Part shown: in pieces, positions 1-5,782 of the stretch
How the letters are laid out: every line of letters starts with the position of its first letter
Numbering within the stretch: the first letter of the stretch is position 1
DNA from: Candidatus Micrarchaeota archaeon
GTDB taxonomy: Archaea > Micrarchaeota > Micrarchaeia > Norongarragalinales > SBBD01
Assembly: GCA_043813365.1 (NCBI GenBank)
Contig: JBDRLB010000028.1
Location: forward strand, 1 to 17,373
Length of the DNA stretch: 17,373 bases
Reading direction: 5' to 3'
Position numbers and translations under genes: made by a program
The notes under the pieces: generated by a model
Databases searched by the model: none
Seen by the model: only the letters and a program-made list of their open reading frames with translations
What the model was told of the DNA's origin: nothing

Positions 1-74
1 AATTGAAGGGAATGGGAAAAGGGGGATATTCCTATTTAATTTTCACCTAACAATTTTTATCGGAGGGAAATCGT

Positions 75-788
75 ATGGACCAAGCTGCTGAAATCATCGG
101 AGTGCCTCACGGTGCGCTCAGTCATTCCCGGAAGGAATGGAAAGCGCAGCTTCGGGCCGATCCCGAGCTCTGGCAAACGTTGAAAATGAGCTTTGAAAAA
201 ATCGACAGGCTATCCAAAGGCAGCAAGATAGGCCTTGAAACGGTTCCCGAAAGCGGCCAATACGGTTATTTCCGATCGGTGCATGATTATGCCAAACGCA
301 AAGGGCATTCCGTGGTGAGGCTTTCAACCAAGGGCTCTTATCGGCGGCTTTATGCCCTCCGGGCGGTTTTGGACCTGTTCAAGGAATCGCTTGAAGCATT
401 GAAGGAGAATAATGGGAGAAAGAAGGAGATTGGCAACAGGTTATCCCAAGGCTTGAGGAAGATCGCAACGGAATACCGCATGCCTTCCTTGAAAAATATT
501 GCGTTCAAGGACTGGGCAGTCAAGTGGATCATGTATTCCGGTGCACTTTCCAACCAGATGGCAATGAAAATCCTCAAGGAAAAGCCCGCTTTGGCGTTTA
601 TTGGAGGAGGGCATGCACTCGACCTGAAAGATTTGTCTAATATGGATGTGCTCATTCATCCGGCGCATGAGAGGGAAGCCGGCCAGAGAATGCGGCAGAT
701 GATGTTGCTGTTGGGGAGGAGGGATTATTCGGGCCTGATGGGAAGGGTCTATTCAAGGCGTGCAAAGAGCATTTCCAAATTAAGGTAA
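75..788 (+). CDS. Hypothetical protein, possible divergent TraB/Tiki/ChaN (EreA-like) fold
   Basis: 237-aa ORF with GGAGG SD upstream. Motif order IIGVPH ... IGLE ... SNQMA ... AFIGGGH resembles the GxxH / E / RN..M / GxxH pattern of that superfamily. Confidence 0.55.
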   Translation: MDQAAEIIGVPHGALSHSRKEWKAQLRADPELWQTLKMSFEKIDRLSKGSKIGLETVPESGQYGYFRSVHDYAKRKGHSVVRLSTKGSYRRLYALRAVLDLFKESLEALKENNGRKKEIGNRLSQGLRKIATEYRMPSLKNIAFKDWAVKWIMYSGALSNQMAMKILKEKPALAFIGGGHALDLKDLSNMDVLIHPAHEREAGQRMRQMMLLLGRRDYSGLMGRVYSRRAKSISKLR

Positions 789-812
789 TTTCCGCCACAG
801 GCACATATCCCT

Positions 813-1466
813 TCATTTCCTTTTAGGAATGATCTTAGCAAGTGCGTATGCAAATACCCAATTCCGTGCAGAATTAGGACGTATCAACACCTCATGCGTT
901 CCGACGCCAGCGACGCTTCCGGCGGATGCGGTGATTCCATGGAAATCCTTCAGGTTGGCGAATTCCCTCCCGTAAATCGAAGGAACTGTAATGTTCACAG
1001 CCGCAACCAGTTTTCCTACCCTCCTTATTTGAACATTTCTTAAAATGGGCGTCCGTTTCACATAGCTGACAAGCGAATGGCCATCCCCCCGCTTTCCCAG
1101 ATACGAAACGTACTGGCTAACCCTCCTTTCCAAATCCACCCTTACGGCGGTGTTGAATTCGGGAGTGTCCTTCCTTAATTTCGAGCCCAATAACGAATTT
1201 TGCACGAAACCACGGAGGCGCAACCTTGCCTGCTGCGGCGATAAATTGTTCCACCAAAGCACTTCGTTCAACGTATAAACGGGCCTCCCAGCTATCCGAT
1301 TGGCTTCCGCTATCAATTTTTCAAGGCCCCTTGTTGCCGGAGCCTCTCCTTCAATGGCCTTCCGAAGGGCAATTTCTCCGGGCCTCCGGAGCATTAACCG
1401 ATTTACTGATGCCCAATCAAAACGGGGTTTCTCCCCGCCCATCCGGTTTTTAGGAATTTCGACCAT
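813..1466 (-). CDS. Hypothetical basic protein (217 aa)
   Basis: Long ORF converging on the previous gene. Start placed at ATG 1466 (MVEIPK) because the ORF-track start overlaps uppP and a TATA-like ATTTATTTAA lies at about 1501-1510. No family recognised. Confidence 0.6.
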   Translation of the reverse strand: MVEIPKNRMGGEKPRFDWASVNRLMLRRPGEIALRKAIEGEAPATRGLEKLIAEANRIAGRPVYTLNEVLWWNNLSPQQARLRLRGFVQNSLLGSKLRKDTPEFNTAVRVDLERRVSQYVSYLGKRGDGHSLVSYVKRTPILRNVQIRRVGKLVAAVNITVPSIYGREFANLKDFHGITASAGSVAGVGTHEVLIRPNSARNWVFAYALAKIIPKRK

Positions 1467-1542
1467 GAATAATGACCCAATATTAGGGACTATTCGAAGA
1501 TTAAATAAATGATGGGAAGAAGGCAAATTCATTGACAATAGC

Positions 1543-2315
1543 CTAAAATATTGAGGGAATAATCGCAAGCAACCCGAATGCGAAGCAGTAGTAAGCGAAT
1601 GGCTTCAGCCCCCTTTCCCGGACGAATTTCATCATGAATGCGATCGAGAAATAGCCCACAACCATGGAAACAAGGGCGGGAATGACTAATAATTGAAGCT
1701 CGATTACATCGGCTCCTTTTGCAGTAACCCACTCAAAAAATGCCGCCCCGAATATTGCTGGGATCGAGAGCAAAAAGGAAAACCGGGTTGCGCTTTCCCT
1801 GCTGATTCCCATGAGCAAACCGGCACCGATTGTCGCGCCGGACCTTGAAATGCCAGGCATGACTGCGATCCCTTGGGCGATGCCCATAAATAACGAGTTT
1901 TTATTGCCAACCGATTTATTGCCCGTTTTTCTTTCACAAACATACAGGAACGCACCGGTTATCAGCATTGCAACCCCGATTGCGGGCAAATTTGAAAACT
2001 GCGACTCAAAAAAATCCTTGAAGGCGAAGCCGATTATTGCGGTTGGATGCTTGCAACAATGATTAAAATTGCTAGTTTGAAATCACCGTTTTTCCGGTCA
2101 AATTTTGCCAATGCCAAGAGCATGTTGGAAATATCCTTCCTGAAATACGCAATTGCCGCAATAAGGGTGCCAACGTGCAGCATGATGTCGAAAATGATGG
2201 GCGGCTGCACGTTCATCAGCATCTGGGCGGCGGCCAAATGGGCTGAACTGCTGATGGGAAGCCATTCGGCAATTCCCTGAATCGATGCAAGTATTATTGC
2301 CTGAAAAAGATCCAC
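1543..2315 (-). pseudogene. uppP: Undecaprenyl-diphosphate phosphatase (UppP/BacA) split by a 1-nt frameshift; pseudogene or sequencing error
   Basis: The 5' part has QGIAEWLPISSSAHL and LHVGT; the 3' part has AQGIAVMPGISRSGAT and RFSFLLSIP. Minus-strand ATCCAACC near 2045-2046 needs one extra C to read ...VASI-P-TAIIGFAFKDFFE... Start GTG 2315 follows a GGGGGT SD. Confidence 0.9.
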
Positions 2316-2340
2316 ATTCAACCCCCAATTAGCAAACAAT

Positions 2341-2892
2341 TCAGATGCCGAATATCTCTTCGGCCATTTTCATCCGCTGCTTCACTGATAATGTGCCGTA
2401 TTTATCCGGCAGTTTTGTTACGTTGATATAGGATGCAAGCTCAGCCTGATCCGCGCCTGAAAAGTTAGCAGCAGTTAAAAGAGATGCGCCATGGGCGTAT
2501 ATCTGCGTGCCAGCCTTTATCCGTGCCTTTTGTATGACGTTCGATTGGAACCTTCCGGTTGCATCGCTGAGCCTCGTGATCTCCTCTACAATGGAATCCG
2601 CAATTGAGTAAAATTCGCTTATGTCATCGTGGCGGACTTCCTCTATTGCCGCCTGGAGCTGCTTTTGGAACCATGCATAGAATTTTACCCACTCCTTCGA
2701 ACTCCTTACGTAATGCTTTTCCATGAATTTCGCGACTGCATAGCTGATGATGATTAGATTCACGAGCCGCTTCTCGCCCCTCAGGTAGGCTTTTTCAGCA
2801 AAGAAGCCACCAAGCTCCTTGAGTTTGGCTATGTCCCCGTTCTGGGAGTGCTTTAGGAGCTCCTGCATCCTCTTCAGCAAGAATTCGTCCAT
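2341..2892 (-). CDS. Conserved hypothetical protein with a C-terminal HTH-like segment
   Basis: 183-aa helical ORF. The C-terminal KARIKAGTQIYAHGASLLTAANFSG..ELASYI..TK resembles a family I recall from DPANN genomes. A TATA-like box about 21-29 nt upstream suggests a leaderless mRNA. Confidence 0.75.
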   Translation of the reverse strand: MDEFLLKRMQELLKHSQNGDIAKLKELGGFFAEKAYLRGEKRLVNLIIISYAVAKFMEKHYVRSSKEWVKFYAWFQKQLQAAIEEVRHDDISEFYSIADSIVEEITRLSDATGRFQSNVIQKARIKAGTQIYAHGASLLTAANFSGADQAELASYINVTKLPDKYGTLSVKQRMKMAEEIFGI

Positions 2893-2912
2893 GATTGGAT
2901 TAGGATGGAGAG

Positions 2913-2921
2913 TTTATTAAA
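2913..2921 (-). promoter_or_regulatory. Putative archaeal TATA box for the 2341-2892 gene and uppP
   Basis: Minus-strand TTTAATAAA 21-29 nt upstream of ATG 2892, with no SD in between. Confidence 0.5.
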
Positions 2922-2935
2922 TAATGCAAAAATAT

Positions 2936-3027
2936 GAGGGAGGAATCAGGAAGGGCTGCATCAAACCAAAAATCATTGCAACAGGGGGGAGCGAATACTT
3001 TTTTTCAACGAGGGGGGAATCAGGAAG
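2936..3027. repeat. 18-bp imperfect direct repeat GAGGG(A/G)GGAATCAGGAAG, two copies (2936-2953 and 3010-3027)
   Basis: 17/18 identity read directly. A related G-string, CAACAGGGGGGA (2979-2990), resembles CAACGAGGGGGGA (3006-3018). Confidence 0.8.
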
Positions 3028-3070
3028 ACCCTCAAGCTGAAGTGGGGATTACCCCCCCAGCGGTTCGGGA

Positions 3071-3255
3071 CGGATCCGGAGGGATTCGAACCCTCGACCT
3101 TCTACTTGCCTTGCCTTTCTTTTGGAAAAGAAAGGCGATGGCGCCGCGAAAGAAAACCATTTTGCTTCTATGCGCACCATCTCGCCGGCGCTTCTTCCCC
3201 GATGGAAGCAGAACCTTAGGAGGCAGACGCTCTATCCAGGCTGAGCTACGGACCC
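3071..3255 (-). tRNA. tRNA-Arg(CCU) with a 110-nt intron (about 3107-3216)
   Basis: Acceptor GGGTCCG/CGGATCC plus G73. D-arm GCTC-AGCCTGGATA-GAGC. Anticodon stem TCTGC/GTAGA with CT-CCT-A (CCT at 3220-3218). T-arm GAGGG-TTCGAAT-CCCTC. No encoded CCA. Confidence 0.9.
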
Positions 3256-3333
3256 CTTAACAACAATACATGGGCAAAGCCGGAACCTCTTGTTAAGCGG
3301 TCCGACGAACCCAAAATAAATGGAAAAGAATGA

Positions 3334-3618
3334 TTATGGCACTTTAATGCCGAAAATATTGAAAATCACAAGCAAAGCGATGCCGAATAATCCAAGCACC
3401 GCAACTATGAGGAATGAAACCAAAGTAATTGAAATTTTCATCCCGAGGAAGTTAAGGATGAGGAGCGCAACAATCCCAACTATCGAGTTGACTATGAGCT
3501 TCTTCATTATCACGAGTATCGCGATTGCCATGATTACGGCAACAATGGCGACAATTGCCATTTCAGTTGTCCCGAAATCCATGGTTATCAGCCCGGTTGT
3601 GGCGGTTATTTGCGCCAT
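3334..3618 (-). CDS. BofA-like (pro-sigmaK processing inhibitor family) small membrane protein
   Basis: Hydrophobic protein with KKLIVNSIVG..L.ILNF.G..I.I.....IVAVLGLFG, typical of archaeal BofA homologs. The start overlaps the oapC stop (TAATG); alternative start at ATG 3582. Confidence 0.75.
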   Translation of the reverse strand: MAQITATTGLITMDFGTTEMAIVAIVAVIMAIAILVIMKKLIVNSIVGIVALLILNFLGMKISITLVSFLIVAVLGLFGIALLVIFNIFGIKVP

Positions 3619-4223
3619 TATTTCTTCGCCTTATTTTTGGTAACAGCAGTGGGAATGCGGATGTAGAACACCCCATGCTCTGAACGGATGACCATGGGGC
3701 TTCCGGACATCAGCGATTGAAGGTCGAGCAAATACCGGCCTTTTTCGAGAATGGTGATGTTCTCCGCTGGCTTTTCGCCTGTTTTCGCGGCTTCCAATTC
3801 GGAATGTTCCGCAATTTCCTTGGCTTCCCTGGAATCATCATGCTCCTTCCGGAGTTCGGCCGCAATTTTATTTACATCAGGTATTTCGCCGTAATCAATC
3901 GGCTTGCCCATCTCGCCTATATCTATTTGGACTGGTGAAGAAGGGGAGGCATCTTGCTTTGAAGGATCGGCTTTCGTCTCCTTTTCCAATTCGGGCGCCC
4001 TCTCAATTGAAATAGGCGCTATTTCGGCAATATCCTCCAATGCCTGCCGGTTTTCAGCCACGAATTCCCTGCCCTCACGCTCAAGCAACTCCATCTGTTC
4101 CTTCAGCGTGATGGACTCCGGCCTGAGGAAGACGAATATCCGCGAACCGCAGCCGCAGCCCTTGAGGAGCTCCTCCGCTCCGCTCCCGTAAAGAAGGCCG
4201 CATCGGATGCATTTATGGGGCAT
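3618..4223 (-). CDS. oapC: Zn-ribbon origin-associated protein OapC (DUF2072 family)
   Basis: N-terminal MPHKCIRCG..Y..G..ELLKGCGCGSRIF, an acidic linker, and C-terminal ENITILEKGRYLLDL..L....MVI..EHGVFYI. True start is ATG 4223; the ORF-track extension runs into tRNA-Thr. Confidence 0.85.
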   Translation of the reverse strand: MPHKCIRCGLLYGSGAEELLKGCGCGSRIFVFLRPESITLKEQMELLEREGREFVAENRQALEDIAEIAPISIERAPELEKETKADPSKQDASPSSPVQIDIGEMGKPIDYGEIPDVNKIAAELRKEHDDSREAKEIAEHSELEAAKTGEKPAENITILEKGRYLLDLQSLMSGSPMVIRSEHGVFYIRIPTAVTKNKAKK

Positions 4224-4276
4224 GACTATCCTTATGTTTGGGTTTGTGGAATAATATAATACTTGCTGTAACAGGA

Positions 4277-4348
4277 AGCCCCCGGCGAGGATTGCACTCG
4301 CGACCTCTTGTTTACGAGACAAGCGCTCTACTACTGAGCTACGGAGGC
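4277..4348 (-). tRNA. tRNA-Thr(CGU), intronless
   Basis: Acceptor GCCTCCG/CGGGGGC plus U73. D-arm GCTC-AGTAGTA-GAGC. Anticodon arm CTTGT-CT-CGT-AA-ACAAG. T-arm GCGAG-TGCAATC-CTCGC. Confidence 0.93.
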
Positions 4349-4428
4349 GTCGGACTAAAAATTAGGGCAATAAATATTAAAAGAGAGAGTAAAAAATAGG
4401 AAATGGTGCCCTATATGCATTAAGTTGC

Positions 4429-4653
4429 TCATTTAACCCAATTATCCGGCTCTAGGGGGATTGTCAGCCAGAGAATAAGATAGAATACGACGATTGCAAT
4501 GAGCGCATAAGCGCTCCCGAAAGCAACTATCAGCAGCAGGATGAGGAGCATTATGCGGACAACTGCGGCATCCACGTTGATATATTCCGAAATGCCGCCA
4601 ATAACCCCCCCTATGAGGCTGTTGCTCCGTGCACGATAAAGTTTCCTTGCCAC
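4429..4653 (-). CDS. PspC domain-containing membrane protein
   Basis: RKLYRARSNSLIGGVIGGISEYINVDAAVVR...YLILWLTIP. GTG start at 4653 follows a GGAGGGG SD. Confidence 0.88.
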   Translation of the reverse strand: MARKLYRARSNSLIGGVIGGISEYINVDAAVVRIMLLILLLIVAFGSAYALIAIVVFYLILWLTIPLEPDNWVK

Positions 4654-4654
4654 G

Positions 4655-4861
4655 TCATCCCCTCCTTCTAGATTGCTCTTCCGGCAGGAGGAGCCATGCA
4701 ACCAAATATAATATTATGCCCGCACCACCTGCAAAGCATAGCAGCACGAATAATAGCCTGACAAGGTTCGGGTCAACGTTGAAATAATCCCCGAAGCCGC
4801 CGCAGACCCCTCCCAGTATCCGGTCATGGGTCGATCGGTAGAGCCGCCTCATTTCAGCCAT
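4655..4861 (-). CDS. pspC: PspC domain-containing membrane protein
   Basis: Canonical RRLYRS..DRILGGVCGG.GDYFNVDP.LVR...YLVAWLLLPEE, with a GAGGTG SD. Confidence 0.92.
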   Translation of the reverse strand: MAEMRRLYRSTHDRILGGVCGGFGDYFNVDPNLVRLLFVLLCFAGGAGIILYLVAWLLLPEEQSRRRG

Positions 4862-4870
4862 GTAAACACC

Positions 4871-5632
4871 TCATTTCCTCAGTATTTTCATCAACGAAGG
4901 ATGTAATCGATTATTGCTATATATTGCTATCGTATCCGAGCATAATGTATCCTTCCCGGATAAATCCGAAAATTTGCCCCCTGCCTCGCTGATGATTATT
5001 TTTGCAGCCGCGACATCCCAGGGCTTGGGAAATGTTTCAACGAAAGCATCCGCCTTTCCAGTAGCGACAAGGTAGTGCGCAAAGGGTTCGCTCATTCCCC
5101 AAGAGTGGTATGCGGCATTGAGGAGCTTCCGGAGTTTCTTAAGATAGCCCTTCTCGAGGAACCCCTTCCCCCTTCCGTGGAGGATGTACGCATTCGATAG
5201 GCGTGTTTCGGAAGATGCATGGACGCGTTTCCCGTTTACAAATGCCCCTTTCCCTACCTCAGCATGCATCAGGATGCCCATTGCCGGGATGTTTATTGCC
5301 CCTGCCACAATCTTGCCGTCCTGCTCGAATGCAACCATGTTGCCATACGTCGGCAAACCCCTCAGGAATGCCTTGGTGCCGTCTATTGGATCAATGATCC
5401 ACCTTCTCCTCAGATCATTGCGCAATTCCGCACTCTCTTCGGAAAGGACCGAATCATCGGGAAAATTCCGCCGGATGATGCCGAGGATTGCGGCATCGCA
5501 GCATTTATCGGAGCTTGTGACGGGCGAGCCGTCTGCTTTCATCTGGAACGGGATTTTTTCCCCGAAATGGTCCAACGAGATCCTTCCCGCAGCCTTGACC
5601 GCGTTAATCGCAACCTCCAATTCCCTAAGCAT
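4871..5632 (-). CDS. Inositol monophosphatase family protein (HisN/SuhB-like)
   Basis: Motifs SEE, WIIDPIDGTKAF and KPWDVAA..II.SEAGG.FSD. Start is ATG 5632 or 5644. Confidence 0.92.
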   Translation of the reverse strand: MLRELEVAINAVKAAGRISLDHFGEKIPFQMKADGSPVTSSDKCCDAAILGIIRRNFPDDSVLSEESAELRNDLRRRWIIDPIDGTKAFLRGLPTYGNMVAFEQDGKIVAGAINIPAMGILMHAEVGKGAFVNGKRVHASSETRLSNAYILHGRGKGFLEKGYLKKLRKLLNAAYHSWGMSEPFAHYLVATGKADAFVETFPKPWDVAAAKIIISEAGGKFSDLSGKDTLCSDTIAIYSNNRLHPSLMKILRK

Positions 5633-5644
5633 GCATATCCACAT

Positions 5645-5782
5645 ATGTGATAAGCGGCTCAGTCTTATAAAATTTTTGGGCGGCTGAAAAAATGTTTTTA
5701 TTGGATACTATTGCAAAATAATTTTAAAAAATAAAAAGAGAAAACTTATTATAGAATCGGTGCCAAATTATTCGAGGTCGAA
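5645..5782. promoter_or_regulatory. Divergent AT-rich promoter region
   Basis: Minus-strand TTTTATAAG (5664-5672) precedes the IMPase gene. Plus-strand TTTAAAAA and TTATTATA precede the antiporter, followed by a GAGGT SD. Confidence 0.5.

Noticed and set aside
2034..2062. Programmed ribosomal frameshift in uppP
   Set aside because: No slippery heptamer or evident stimulatory structure at the junction; a simple indel is more parsimonious.
2936..3027. CRISPR mini-array interpretation of the 18-bp repeats
   Set aside because: Only two short copies, a 56-nt gap, and no cas genes or leader.
3107..3216. C/D-box guide, group I intron or homing endonuclease within the tRNA intron
   Set aside because: No RUGAUGA or CUGA boxes, too short for a group I core, and no ORF.
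2934..3260. 108-aa plus-strand ORF
   Set aside because: Antisense to tRNA-Arg (GGIRTLDL and RRSIQAELRTP are typical tRNA shadow translations).
3284..3293. AACAAGAGGT (minus strand) matching the tRNA-Thr anticodon 3' arm, as a possible att site or tRNA fragment
   Set aside because: Only about 10 nt, no T-arm or acceptor match, and no integrase nearby; compatible with chance.
4224..4322. N-terminal extension of the oapC ORF
   Set aside because: Overlaps tRNA-Thr and the promoter; the family begins at MPHKC.
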